Shown here piece after piece: positions 47,600 through 62,300 of a stretch of DNA of 64,000 bases; within the stretch, counting starts at the first letter, position 1, and the number at the start of each line of letters is the position of its first letter. Location: contig CBFFRP010000418.1 in the NCBI GenBank assembly GCA_965644295.1, forward strand, positions 1 to 64,000. The letters are read 5' to 3'. The position numbers and the translations under genes are program-made. Below the pieces are notes generated by a model, which saw only the letters and a program-made list of their open reading frames with translations, did no database searches and was not told the DNA's origin. This DNA comes from Paraphysomonas bandaiensis. Lineage: Eukaryota; Protista; Chrysophyceae.

Positions 47600-49617
47600 C
47601 TAGCTATCATAGGTTATTACATGAGAGATTCCCACTTTCGTCATACTCTTAGGTTGTAGACCAATTACATGAGTTCCAGGAGGAAAACTTTTCAGCATAA
47701 TGCAGTGCACACCGGCGGCTTCATGAGCTGCCCAAATCTTCCTCTCCCTATTTACAGGAGAATATCCACTGTGCAATCTATCCATAGACACATCCAGCTC
47801 CACCTGTTCACCTTTTTATTATAGATGCTACAAACTCACATATGCATTACTACACCTTAAACTCGAGGTTACTGAAGTTGTCTTTCATCTTGTAGGCGCA
47901 TAACAAAACTTTATTACGAGCAGCAGAAACATCAACTCGTAGATATATCTCCCCTCCTTCCGGCCCCGCCGAGCTTATATAAACGGGACGAAGCTCCTCG
48001 TCACTGGGAGGGCGTCTCTTTATACAAATGAATAAAATTAAGATATACAAGACTACAATGGTACCTGTTTATTAGGAGTGCGTACAACAAGGTATTTCCA
48101 AGATGTAGGGCCCACTACTCGACTTGAGAGAGTAAGATTGGTGTGCAGAGGGCTGAAGTCAGTGTAGCATACAGCCTTATATGTACATGCAATTGGCTCT
48201 CGCTGACAAGTAGACGGACTGGGCAGTTTACCATGATACTGCAGCGAGTCAAGTCTCTCCGAATATTCTGACAAACACGTTAGGGCGTCGTGTGTAAGAG
48301 CTGATACAGGAAATTACTCACTGGCAAAAAGAGCAGCAGTGCCTTCGGACAATTCCTTCCTAGTCATGTAGAGGGCATCCAATAGAGTTAGCCCATACAG
48401 CCACGCTATTAGCTCTCCCCTGAGAAGATGGATACCTCTCGTAGGGTGCCATCGCGCACCACTTCCCAGACCGTACACGGCAGCTTCTTTGGTGAGAAAC
48501 TTCAGAGCACACTTTTCGAATATCGCTCCTGCATTACACTCTTTGTCCTTTCCCCACACAGTTGAATGTTTCCGGCACGTCTCAGCCGGGTATGTTGCCC
48601 CGAGATTCATTCCGGAGAGGGATATACCGGTATATTTGGATACATAACTGGCGAACCTACCCATCGAGCTGCCTCCCTTGTGCATCTTCACCATCTGATC
48701 ACGCACCGTCCCTAACTCCTGGGAAGTTGGTCGCCACTCTCCCAACCCTGTTGAACTGGGAGTCCAAGCCTCACTGCTGTATGGTACAGAGTCCGTAGAA
48801 GGTGGACATTCTTTGGGTACCATGCCCCCTGATGATGCAACATAAAAGGCAGCCCGGTTGGTAGCAGCTAGACGGGCCACAACTTCTATATATTGAGGTT
48901 CTCTACCACAGTTGAACGATTGCTCCCTAACACACGTATATACGGAAGAGGTCACATTTATATATCCATATCGACAATAATAACATGTTGATACCATGAA
49001 TAAAAGTCTGCATGGAATCCTCCCATTGTATCATAGCAGAGATCTGATGGCATACAGTCGTTGGCTCCTTGGGCTATATTAACCACCTCTAGATGCACTC
49101 CAACTTTATCTAATACAGGACCTAACCGTCGCTCAACTACTAATGGATAACTGTCATTATAGGCATTATCATGTCCAGCTGTCACAGATGATCCTCCAAA
49201 TATCATTTTAAACTGTGCATTCGATGTGAGTATCTTACGAGCAAATGTATACTTTAATATATCCCAATCTTTCCTATACATAAATCAATATACTTCCAAT
49301 GAAATATCTTCATTCCATCCTACCTGGCCATATTGGCTTGCATAAGAACAAATAGGCGTCCTATATCAGTGTTATACTATAGTGCAATAGATATATAAGA
49401 TACATTGGAATCATATACAGTTATATAGTACTTCATATCGATGATACATTAGACTGAGAACTTTCCAAGAAGATTCTATAGCTGAAGTTAAAGTATCTTC
49501 GTTTAGTTGATTGAGTTTTCTGGGTGTGATCTGAATGCTGTTTTTGTGACTGTGAGATGTGCATGTTACTATACAGAATATGAAGGATAGAAGTAGGAGC
49601 TGTATACGGGTATACAT
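47600..49617 (-). CDS. Secreted SGNH/GDSL-hydrolase-like protein, multi-exon
   Basis: Signal peptide, FGGSSVTAGHDN block-I-like motif, NIAQGAN and WHP..GIH. In-frame GT-AG joins checked only for the first three exons. Confidence 0.7.
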
Positions 49618-50385
49618 TGTATTAATACAGGACTATGGTTGAGATGGATATGGGGGATTGATGTGCATGATTAGAGGTGTTCTGGTGTTGTGTAAGTGAA
49701 TAGCACTGGGAGTCGATGTCATGGGAGCCTATCTACTCTGACTATATGTATGTAGGTACGTACTATTCACAGGGAGGCACATACTATATACAATATACTG
49801 TACCATATGCTGTATGTATATGTATACTGCTGTATAACAGCCGTAGTACTACTATAGCATATGATATATAATGCATATGGATATGTGTGTATGTAGACCA
49901 CGAACACTGCTGGATATTTCTCATACTTTCTGTATGTATGTGTAGGTCTGTATGGTGGTAGGAATTCCGCCCTTCTCTGTACGTACTTGATTGTACCTGT
50001 ACACCCACAGAACATGTACCTATACACCCTCTGTATATATATCATTTTACTCACACTGTACCTCTACACCCTCCATATGTACCTCTCCATCACCCAGTAC
50101 CTATCTATCTATCTATGCATCTATCTGCCTCATCGTAGCTATCCATCACTCTTCCATACTCCTCACTCACACATAGACAGACACCCCATTACACACTTTA
50201 ATTAACAAACACCCTCTCTTTTACCATATCCCTATCACATGAACACCTCTGGACGATCACAGTGCGCATAGAATTGACGTTTAAGGTACATCACCAGCCT
50301 CTCTATATATATATAACTATACGTGTATTGTATAGATAATACATACATATATAACACAACACTCTAAATACACACAGATACACTC

Positions 50386-53300
50386 ATGGAAATCCTAGAG
50401 AAGCTCTTGATCGACTTGAACAGCACAATAGACAGCACTGAGACTGTACTTGACGCTCATCTGATTGCTCTCAACATCGAATCGTATGTACATAACTATA
50501 ATCATCACCAGCAGCAGATCGATAGTAATGAATTAGAGTATCTGCTTTTCCTCTTAACTCAGAGTGAATATCCTCCCAATCTACTCCATTTCATACAGGG
50601 CACAATGCGAACTAAAGTAAAAGAATTCATTAAAGCGAAGTGTACGATATTAAAGTTTATGGGAAGTCTGATCAAATCTATTGGACGAGAAGTAGGGGAC
50701 TATGGGATCACTGTATGCAATACCTGTATCGATGTGTTTCGTATGGACGACAGCAATGAAGTAAAAGCTGCTAGCTTGGAACCTCCAAAGCAGCTATTGC
50801 ATCTCTGTTTGAATGGTTATCAGTTAGATTGCAAGGACCTTGATTTGGACCGGTTGTATGAATTGCTGTTAAGTGAATACAGCGGCAAGAAGAGTACTGG
50901 TGGGGTTCGATATCAATGTTTGGCGGTTCTTGGTCATATAGTGGCTGTCTATCCCCACAACCCCGCAACTATCAGCAATGTTGAAATGGTCAAAGAGCGG
51001 TGCGTGTTAGCCCTTCAAAAGAACTTTTCCGCTGCTTGCCGATCTCCTGACCTGACCCTCATAGCAGGTGCCTTTGGATGTCTAGATCGTACTTGTGGAC
51101 AGTACGAAGATGGAATAGGAGGCAATGTGGAGGTGTGGAGGTACCTTGTAAAAGCTATAAGTGGAGTGAAACAGGAATCACTGCATAGATATGCTATGGT
51201 GGGTAAAGCGTTGCGATTTATAAAACACCACTCCGGTTTATTTCGGGAACTGATAGGAGTCAATTTCAGTACCTCCTATGAGATGATGGTTGCTTGTTTT
51301 TTCTCCGAGAAGTCTGTTTGCAAGAAGCATGCAGAAGAGGCGCTTGTCGCACTTCTCGGTGAATATGCGGCTTACCTATGTGAAAATGATACAGAGGACC
51401 TTGCATCACTTCGTACTGTTGTAGAAGGTCTAATGGGATATCTAAAAGACGTAGGGATGGCTAGAAAGGATGTAGTACTGGCAGTGAGAGGATTAACGGC
51501 ACTAGCTCCAGCCATGTGTATTTACAGTGATATTCTCGACCGCGACACGGACATTGTAAACACTCTTGTAGCAACTTGCGACCACTTGATGCTCGAAATG
51601 TCTCTTCAGGATGGATCTCAGGAGAGTACAGGGAATGGACTTGTTATGCAGCATACTCCTTTAGTTTTGTTACGAAAAGCGCAATTCCTATCTGCGGTTG
51701 TTGTGAACATCAAACGATCCACCCCGACCTTCGCCCTCCGTAGATTTCTAGTGACTACCGCCACAGATCTTGTTATAGGGTACTCCAGACTGTGGGGAGA
51801 ATCATCTGCAGCGGTTCAAAGTGCATTGCGTTTGTTTATGTGCGCGTTTATGTCACCTGATAACCGTTGGAATGGTGTTGCTGATACTGTGGTGCCGTGT
51901 TTAATGGTGCGAGCAATGAGCCGTCCAGTGGACGGGGAGAGTGTTGATATAGTCGCAATTGATCCTATAACAGGAGAAGGCGATGGCCGTTTACATTTAA
52001 AATATGCATATCTCTGGAAAGAGCTGTTGTACCCTGGCGATAGAGAGACACGAAAAACAGGTTTGTGGGTATCGGGTGGTGAAGAGGGCAGTAACGCTGT
52101 CGATAGAAAATTGGTTCAGTCTTTTTTAGCAGAGGTCGCCAAGACTCTATCTACATTAGAACTATCGTATACTACATCTAATGAGGGTCTGGTGGAAGTC
52201 TCTGCACAACAGAGTGAAGATATAGCTCCAGTACCCTTATCTGCCTCGCTCATTCCTGGGAATCCTGCTGATCAGGAACTTATACTTAATTTAGTGGCGT
52301 TCTTAGAAGACACAGAAAGGTCAATTGCCCGGCATATTCAGCAACAGTGCTCTGAAATAGTCACTCAGCAATTGGCGTCCCTTGTTTACCAGACTGTTGA
52401 CTTAGCGTATGAATGGCCAATGGTGTCTGCTTTATACCGCTTTATACGGGTGCTCTCAGCACTGTGTAATGTGAAAAAAATCGTAACCGATGGTGTCAAG
52501 GATGCCCTAATACAATGCTGCGCAAGCGTTGCAGTAAGAATCATGAATGATTTCAGTCACCCAGAGCTCGTATCATCTGCACTTTACATGGTATTTTCGG
52601 CTCCACCGTGTATTCTGTTGGCTTTGGACACGGATTCTGTTATTGTACCTTTGGTTACGCGCTCTTTAGCAACCACGTTGAGACCAAAGTTAGCAATGTT
52701 AGTACTAGAGCTGCTGCTATACAACAATCGACTCAGTAATCGAATCCTTGATTTGGTGCTACCGCAATTGCAGAAGTACCTCATTCACAGCGAATGCTCA
52801 CGTACAGGGGTGGAACGAGGTGGGACCAGTAGGAAACGCAGTAAGGAAGGCTTGGAAGTGGCAACTGAGGCTAGTGTGTATGAGGAGGGTGAAATGCAGA
52901 TATCTGTTCTGAGATTTCTTGGGCGACTTGGTGGAAGAAATAAGGCTTTACTTCCCTCTCCAGAGGCCACTGTAGCGACTTCTTTGTCATGGGGTAGTTT
53001 TCAGAGGAGCCTAAAGGTGCCTCTGCCTGTTGTCTACAATGGAGAACTTGGGACTAATGATTTGTTTTTCCCTCTTGGGTCGTGCATGTCTCGCGTAGTT
53101 GAGCTGTGTATGGACCGACGCCCTGAAGGGCGGCAAATGAGGGTTCTTGCTGCGGAAACTTTGCATAGCATGCTTATAGTACTTATTGGTCAGGCGGCAT
53201 CTGATATATCTAATGATGTTCAGGAGCATGCAGATATACTACAGCAGGTGCTCCCTTGTATTTTATCTATGGCCGGCTCTTCGGAGTTGGTGGTCAGGAA

Positions 53301-56300
53301 TCTGTTCGAGAAGCTTCTGTACCAGATGGTGCACTGGTTGGCTGGAACTGATTCAAGATTAAATTGTATGGGCGTGGTTCTGTTGGATTCTCTTGTTGAC
53401 GGGCTAGCTTGTTCTACTTCTTCTTCGGGCGTAGAAAACTCTCAAACAAAAGATGTGGGTATGCGTGAGACATGTACAGCAGCCCTTGTTGAGATGTTCA
53501 GGTGGATTCAACGTTCCACAGCGAGCACCAGTCAAATGAATTTAGATAACATTATTTTGCGCCTTCTCTCATTATCTGTTCATCCGGACACTGATAAGAG
53601 GCTTGGGGCAGCGGGTGTTTTGAACCGACTATATATATATGTGCGTGAGGACAGAATGCTGGTAATGCGATATGCTCTTAGATTTATCTTCTCTCTGTTG
53701 AACGCGGTAAAGACGGGGGGATCTAGCCAAGAGGTATGAATCAGCGATCTTGCTCTTTGCTTACACTATTATATTGGCAGGCATGTGCTCTAGCGGTTAG
53801 ACGTTATGTCAACATTGTTGTCAAATTTTCTTCGCATGATGAATCTGATGCTGCCATGCTGAGGTACGATACTCACAAGTTGTATACTTTTTGTGGTAAC
53901 TGCTGCACTCCAACAGACGGGGAAGGTGGGAAAATGCAAGTGATAGCTCCTTTTCATATGCGCGTGATGAAGCACATGAATCTCAGCAGCCTTGTTTTCC
54001 TTATACCCTAAGAGATTTATTACAGTGGCTATGGAGCGGTGTATCTTCAGAAGATTACGTGTTTAGGCGACAGTGCATGGCGTGTTTAGGTGACCTCTGT
54101 GCTCTTGTTCCACTACCAGATGATAGAAATCGGCCAACTGTGACACCAGTACCGCGCCCTCCTCATTTACAATCAGTTGCCGAATATATTCACTCCTTGG
54201 GACCTGATACTGAGTCGTGTGTTGTAGAAGTAAGTCGTGTGCTATCCGGCTCTCTGAAGACTGTGAGCAGGCCTTCCACTACACTGCTATCAGAAACTGA
54301 TAATCCTGTTATTGAAACACACTCCGAGTCATGGATGCGGACTCTTAGTGGTGCACTGGATGGGTGCAATTGGATATTAACCTGCTTAGAAGCATTTAGT
54401 CCAGAGGATTTATTTTTGTCCGCCGGAAAAGACATGCCTGTGATGAGAAAAAGGAAGCGGGAGCGAGAAGTGCCATTGCCCTTGACTGGAAGCGAGGGGT
54501 CAGAGTCAAATGGAAAAATTCTATTGATTTATCTTTCCAGAATTTTTCGGTTCTGTGCTCGACAGTTGCTGGGTCAATGTGGGACAGAGCAATACTTAGA
54601 TGGAGAGATTATAACTGAGGTACTGAGACGGTCTCTACAACTTCTTTTAGTTTTGGTCAAGCATAGTGTCAACAACACACAGTTATCCGACTGCTTGAAA
54701 TCGAATGGTTTACTGAGCTCTGATGGGAGATTGTGCCACAGCTTCCAACTAATTTTGATATCTTCGCTGTGCAGTATTCCATTACGGCTATCATATGACG
54801 GAGGACAGAAGATGACACATGAGGCAGTTGTACTACTTGATTCGATGGCCACTAGCCTTGTAGATGAAGGTCAACTTGTGTCAAAATTACCGGATGTAAT
54901 TTCTATTTCGTCAATCTACGCGTCTAGGGGGGGTCGTGGGGGAAACTATGAGGGCGGCTTAGGCCACCTTCTAACTACAGTCGAGACGTTTTTGGGTGGG
55001 ATTGGGGATATGTGTAACGAAGTTCTTACTCCCACTCTTTGGTGTACTCTTTTGACCAACTGTTTGAATACTTTGTCGTCTAAGACCGCCGCTACATATT
55101 TGATGGCATTGGACAGGTGCTTTGGTGTGTTAAAACGTTGCGCGCTGTTGCCTTTTTGCTTCGGTGACTCGTACCAGTATGACCTGGTGGCGCGGGGTGG
55201 CAATCTTGTTCATGAAGCAATGCTTTTATCGGATGGATTTGAAAGCACATCCGATGCTCTTCTGAGACTAGGAGTAACAATGGGGGTCTGTATTTCAGGC
55301 CAGAAGCAGAGTCTTCTTAATACAGTTTTACTCAATGCAGCTGATGACAATCATATCTTGCAACGCCATGGCAAGACAGTTGTCGATGTTGTGCTAGTTG
55401 ATTCAGATGGATCTGGTTTACGTTTATACTCGGCGAGTGTGTTGGATGAACTGGTTAGGACATCTATCTCACTTCGTGAGGTAGCCAAACAAATGGTTAT
55501 GAAACTCACATCTATCGTTGCGGAGCGAGTCGAGAGTATATTGGTCGAGAATCTGGCCATTTTCGTTGAACAGATGGCGCGGCGCGTTGTTGGCGATAAG
55601 GATTTCCGCTCACTCCTTTGCTCAGAGGAGCTAGTGAGCGCCTTACTTTATCTGGAGTCTCGCCTACCTCTGACAGTTAGAATGGACTCCACATCATCTC
55701 TGGGGTCGACACTAGTGTCATTTCGTGATTTGTTGCTGGAAAGTGTACTGCAAGTTTTTGAGGCCTGTGGAAGATCCTCAGGAGCAGATGTGACTACTGC
55801 TGTGATACGTGGAGATAATTTATGTGATTGTATTGTGCGAGGTTTCAGTATGCTGTCTTATCTTATCCCCGGAACGATCAAATCATGCCCAAGACCTTTC
55901 ATTTCTTCCTCAGCTCCCAATTACCAAATAGAGATAGAAAAAGAAATAGAACAGAAGGTAAACACTCGTGTATGTAAAATGTCTATTTCTGGCTTAAATT
56001 TTATAGGTCACGTCTGCTCTGGAAGAAGTTGTGGCCTCAAAGTTTCCGTTAAACTCCACATCTCTTGATAGGAATAGTGACGGAGGTAGAGTAGTGATAA
56101 TATAACGCTACCAATGAACGCTCTATTTTGCAGGAAAGGAATTTAGTCGAATATTCAAAGCTTGGCTTGACTGTTTTTCTCACTGTGGAGCAATGTGCTT
56201 GTTAGAGCCACTATCTCCTACTCTCAGGGAGGGCAAGGCACATGCGTATAGTAGTTGGATAAGCACCGCATTGAGCTCCTTCGTTACAGGCATGGCAGAT

Positions 56301-59300
56301 TCTGGGGAGTCAAATACCGAAGTGGTAATGTATGTGTGCTCTGTTTGTCTTTCAACAGTTTTGGATCCTTATAAAGATATGTCGGTGAAATTAATGTATT
56401 TTGATGACCTGTGCGTTCCAATGCTTATTAGTTGTTCATCGTCCACTCTGGTTACTTTATGTTGTACCACATCTTCCACCCTGGGGTCAGGGGACATCTT
56501 AGTAAAGCAGCTGGTGAATGTAATATCTTCTAATGGGAACATTATCGCTAGCCTCAGTGATCAAAGTAAAAGTATGGATGACCAAGAAGGTAGTCTGTTG
56601 CGGGCCCTGTGTGCGTATACGATAATTGGAGCCCTTTATGATCGATGCTCAGTGGAAGATGTTAAGGGACCTGTGACCGAAGCATTTAGTGGGAAGGGAG
56701 CCAGTGGTAAGGAACTCACACAAGCTGTGTGCCGAGCCGCCCACAAACTGGTACGGCAGACTCCACCGCGGTCACTTTTCCCCGAGACATCGTGCTCAGT
56801 TGTGCAGCGCCTTCAGTCAGCTGCCTTCAACTGCTTACTTATGGTGGTAGCCAAGACTCAGATGGAGGAGCAGTTCTTCGATGCCTTTGTATTCAAGGAG
56901 AAATCGCAGGCTCCTGATCAGCAGTTCTGGGGAAATGTTGTAGATTGCACATTAAGACTTTCTTTTAAAGAGGCCACATTCAAGACTGCCCACCTGGGAG
57001 GATGGATGGTGCGAGAGAGGAGGTTAGAAGATCAGTCCTTCAGTAGCCTACCTACTTTGTCCACAGGCGGTCTACTCACCCAACACTTGCGGTCCTCATC
57101 ACAGCTATTGTCGCGTAGTAATTTGAAGCGCGTGCACACTCAATCGCAAAGTACATCTCAATATATGTTATCGAGGAGTCAGTCGCATGGAACAATGACT
57201 GAAAGCCCCAGTGACCCATTTCTTTCTCTTTCCCAAGCGAATCATGCTATTAACGATGGTGTACTACCATACAAAGGAGGAGGACGTTCCTCTGATTATG
57301 ACCTGACTACAACGACTGGTGGTTTGGTGCAAGGGCTTGATGACTGTATTATAGCGCTAGAAATGAACCCAGTGAATGCGCAGCAGTGCATGGGACCATT
57401 GGTGCGTGTAATTTACAGAATGCATGTGTTATTTCAAGACCGTTGGAGCAGTCTCGACTCATCGGAAAATAATCTTCCCTTCTGGCTACGTGTGGTACGA
57501 GACAAACTTTCAGATTACTCTCCTCTTCCTATGCCACGTGGAACTGTAGAGTTATCACACAGTCATGACAGTGAGCGAAGAAATCTCCGCGTGTTTATGC
57601 TGAGACTGTTATTGAATCAGCCAGTCACCACAATAACTACCCCTTTTGTTCATCTGCTGATGAAACCTATACTCGACTGCTGTTTATATGATCTATGCGG
57701 AGTTCGTCACCCTTCAGTGAATCAGGCGTCCGCTGAGGAACCTTTTCATTATATGATTCGAGATGTAATTTTCACCATCGTTGACTCATGGCCAGGGGCA
57801 TTTCGGAAGGCCTGTGAGTTGAATCATTTCTTGTCTGACGTATCCGACGAGTGTCCTCTGCAGCACCGCACTGTTGTTGAGTCCGCCGTTTCATTTCTAT
57901 CTTATCTCTTGCGACATGCCTATCCCGCCGGAGATGAGACAGAGGAATTTTCTGATATGGCGCGGGACAATATTGGAGGTGTATGTGCTTTAATACGCCT
58001 TTGGGTAGGTGATAATCTTGACAACGGTGCCAGAATTAGAAATGGTTTGGATTTGAATCCTTTAATTCAGCTCATCACTGCGGAGAGTGCTCCCACTGGT
58101 GGTGCGCATGGGAAGGTTTCTAGTAAAGGCACAAGGGGTGTAAGGCGGCGACTCTGTGGACTTGAGCTTTTACTCTGTCTGGCACAGCAAGGCTACCCTA
58201 TTATCAGCGACTCAGCAGATGAGGGGGGTGTCGGAGAAAAGATTCTAGCTGCTGTGAGCAGTGGATGCAAGTATCCCCGCAAAGAGGTCAGTGAGCTGAG
58301 CGGGTCTGTAGCAGGTGCTCTTTTGAGGTGTATGATGGTTCGATATACGCCATCTGGGATGCAGGACTCTGTTCGTTTAGTAGGTTTGGAAAGCAAGGCG
58401 GAAAAATTCTCAAAGGAAGTTGAGTGTCGGCTTATGTCTCTATTATCTATGAAGAATGGGCCTGACTCTGTGGCGTGCTGTGTGCGGGCCATAACGAAGC
58501 AGTACCCGTCTTTTCTGTCCAGGGAGATGCTTCTGCGGTTATTCAGCGTGTTCAGCAGCATGAAGCCTAGGGCTAGAGCCGATTTCTTAGAGACCCTTTG
58601 TGATGCCACTAGTGCGACGGAGACCGGAAAGGATAAGCTGAGTGGCATTTGCATCCTTGACCAGCTGAGGCCTTATCTTGCATCTTTACTCAGCGATATA
58701 TCCACTGTTGCATTCGGTCGAGGAATAGGGACCAGGAATCTTCCCATGATTCAGATACTCGCGTTGCGTCTCATGCGGATTCACAGTAAGGATAGTGTTC
58801 GGCTAAACCTATTGTCTGCCGGAAGTAGCAACGGGGTAGCAGAGAGTGTAGCTATCAGCCGATGCGTTGATGAGTCGGCGGTATTGGAAGTACGACAGGA
58901 AGCTTACGTTTTATTGATGACACTACACACCACTATAGTTAAAGCACTACGCGGCACTTCGGAAAGTTCTAATTTGACAGCTCAGTTGGGCACTGCAAGG
59001 GTGCTCCTCATGAGAGGTCTGACAGATGCGGATGATGGAGGGGAAGAGACACAGAAGCTGTTGAAGAAAACTGAAGCTGCTGCAGACACTGCTTTGATTT
59101 TAATTCGCCAGTCTGGAATCAAAAAGACGGTTTTCGACTACTTTGAGTCGAACTTTGGAATCAGCACATGCCCAATAGAACGACTCTCAGCTCTTATGAC
59201 TGACTTTTTTGATCCAACAGATATTTTCACTACAGACCCTGAGAAAGAGACAACAACACTTAGAATGGAGGCATCGGAACACTGGCTACGCTACAGTGCT

Positions 59301-62300
59301 TATTTACTATTGGGTTCAGCTGTGATTGTCGACTCTATGGGAAGTGGAAAGAAACTCTTCTCCAGGGGGCTTGCAACTGAGGACACTTTCACTCCAATGG
59401 AAGTGACCCAGTCTAGCACTGTGTCACAGTTCCATACTGGGTCCAGTGGCGTAAACATGTCTCCCATGTTCGCTATTGAGAACACACAACCGCAGCTGTA
59501 CAGTGGTAGTAAGAGGAATATTGTTAGGGGAACACAGCAGCTCAAGTGGACCCAGACGCAGTCACAGGACACACTAGAAGGCGCGCGAAACAGTACACAG
59601 GAGAAAGCGTTTTTCACACAAATGCAGGCAGCTCCGATGACCAGTCAAGCTACTTCTGCTCATGGAATGGGACCGCCCACAGGACTTCCGAATTATGTAT
59701 CGAGCACGCAGTCGCAGTCCCAAGGAACATGGATTACCCAAAGAGTTCCAATGAGGTACCGTCGCAATTCAGTCCCTTCATCAGAAGGGGGTCAGCAGCA
59801 TTCATTGGAATCGAGGGCACGAAGGGGGGCATATCGCAGTCCTGGAATGGCGTATTCGTCTGTAAGTCATAGGACTCAGAAGCTTCGACAAGATCGCCTT
59901 CGACGTGCGGCCCGCGTAACCGTGTTTCGTCGTTACAGAGACGGGGAGCTTCCTGATATTTGTATTGAATTAAATGACGTCACGAAACCTTTACAGGCGT
60001 TATGTCTGCGTGATCCAGCAACTGCCTCATTGATATTCAGGTCGTTGTTCTGTGAGTTGTTCGATATGGCAGCTGAGCTGAATGTAGACCAGTGTGAGAC
60101 CATACGGTTCGCTCTTTGGCGGATGCTGGGAGGTCCTCTGACAAGCGCCGACAATGGGACCGTGAGACATGTTCTGTCTGACAACACTCTTGCATCTGCA
60201 GTGCTAGCTGCAAGTCGACATTGCTTGCTGCACGAACTCAAGACTCCAGTAGAGTCTGCTGCTCTATCGGCAATACCTCCTCTTAATGTGGGAAACACGG
60301 CTGTGGCAAGTACGAATATTCATTCTGGTGCACTCTTTCTGGAAGATCAGTTACTGGTACAGCAACACAGATCAAAGGCGAATACCAGGGACGAGATTAC
60401 TGTGGCTATCGGGGAAGGAGGCTGGGTTGAGTTGGCTAGGATGTATGGGGCTTTGCAAGAACATGACATGCTTGTTGGACTATTTTTTCAGATCAGTCGG
60501 CTAGAGGACACTAAGCGGGCTCTTGACGCAGAAGTACAAGGCAACTACCCGTTAGCTGTTGAGTTGTATAATAAGCTCATCGCAGCTTCAGAGGGGGCGG
60601 ATTTGAACGACTCTGGTCCACGCGATTGGGGTGACGTTGGAGCTTACGGTGCGCTTGACGTAAATTCTGAGGGCTTTCATCCAAATCAACAGGAGAAAGA
60701 GATGTGGTGCAAGAGGTCACTTGAGTGTCTTCGGCAACTGCTGGATTGGGGACAGCTGTACGACAAGGTTGATACAATTAGTAGTGGTGAAGAAGACAAA
60801 GAAGATTGTGTGATAGAGCGACTACTCTCCAGTGGGTCATCGTCCTGGCTTCTTCCGTATTATACCTCCTGTCTCGCTCATTTAGGAGGTATGGCGATTT
60901 CCTATGGTGCGGATGGTGTGCAAACAAACCAGGGACCCCTATGGAATGAAACCGTGGATTTTCTTAGGGTAGCTCTACAGACATCCACTTCTACGGGAGA
61001 ACACCTGAAGCGTTTTCTCGAGGACAATCATCCCTCTGAAATAGCTGTGTGTTATTTGTCTATTGGGGACACGGCCCGCGCTCAGAGTTATGCATCCATG
61101 GCTTTCACCCGCTTCTTGGAGAGCTGGTCAACTGTACATCCTTGTGCACTGGCGGCTCGCGGTGCACTTTTGTCGGGGCTGCAACAAGTGGTTGAGTTGG
61201 AAGATGCAGTATCATTGCTTAGAGAGAGGGCGATAAGTCAGAACGAAGATGTACTCGGTATGTGGTCGAAATCTCTTCCGTCATATGAAGATGCGTTGTG
61301 GGTGTGGGACGGTGTGTCCAGAGTGCGAGAGGTGAGTCTAATGACACGCCTGCAGAAGGATAAGGAATCGGGAAGTGATTATCACCTGGTGCCTACTCTG
61401 GAGTTGCTGGGAAGGTATCATGTTGACATGGCAATCACAGCTGTGCTTCAGGAGAAGATGCAAGTGGTTAAGTCACAGTTGGGAATCAGCCACAGCATCA
61501 GACGAGCTCTGACGGCTTACAGTGATAGGAGTAGAGTCAAAACGGTACATTTGAGCATGCCTGAGGTGCGGACAGTGTATGAATATAATAAAAAGAGCAT
61601 CGGGGTGGCTCTACAAGGCGGATGTGAAGAGGGAAGCGATGTGTGGAACAAAGTGGTGCCGATGTACGAGAAAACAATGACGTTATTACAGAAGAAATAC
61701 GAGTCATGCGGGCCTTCTGACGATTTCTATGATACTGTTGTAACTCGTGTACTACAGGGAGAGTGGCTAGCGTCGTGGGGCAGGTTCCTTAGAGAGTGCG
61801 GAAATAGAGAATGGGAAAAAAAAATAAACGGTGCTTTTGATGCTCTAAAGGATGTTACAAGTGTGTTGGATTCGTGCAGAGAGCAGCCTCGGGGAATAGA
61901 AAACGAGTGCGCCTATGGAAAATTTGCTAGGCAGTGCGATGACATTTTGAATCTCCATGGTACGTCTGGCACACTAGGAGACAAAGAGAAAGTGGCACAA
62001 GTGGCCATTGATGTGTACATCAAGGGTCTACAGAGGGGTGATGCTCTGTGTCGTTCCCGCTTACTGAATCTATTTTCTCTAGTGGGGAGATATGTGTGCA
62101 GTTGTTCCAACACTGAGTCTTCAGAAAGGCTGGTGAATATCACCCGACAGGTTACAGCAGTTCCCTCTTGGGTGTTTCTCAAGAACAGTGCACAGATTAT
62201 GGCTTTAATCGACCGGCCTGAAGGTGAACTCGCTTTAGCAGTTCTCGAACATATGGCAAGACTTTATCCCCGTGCCCTGTATTATCCTTTTAAAGTGACG

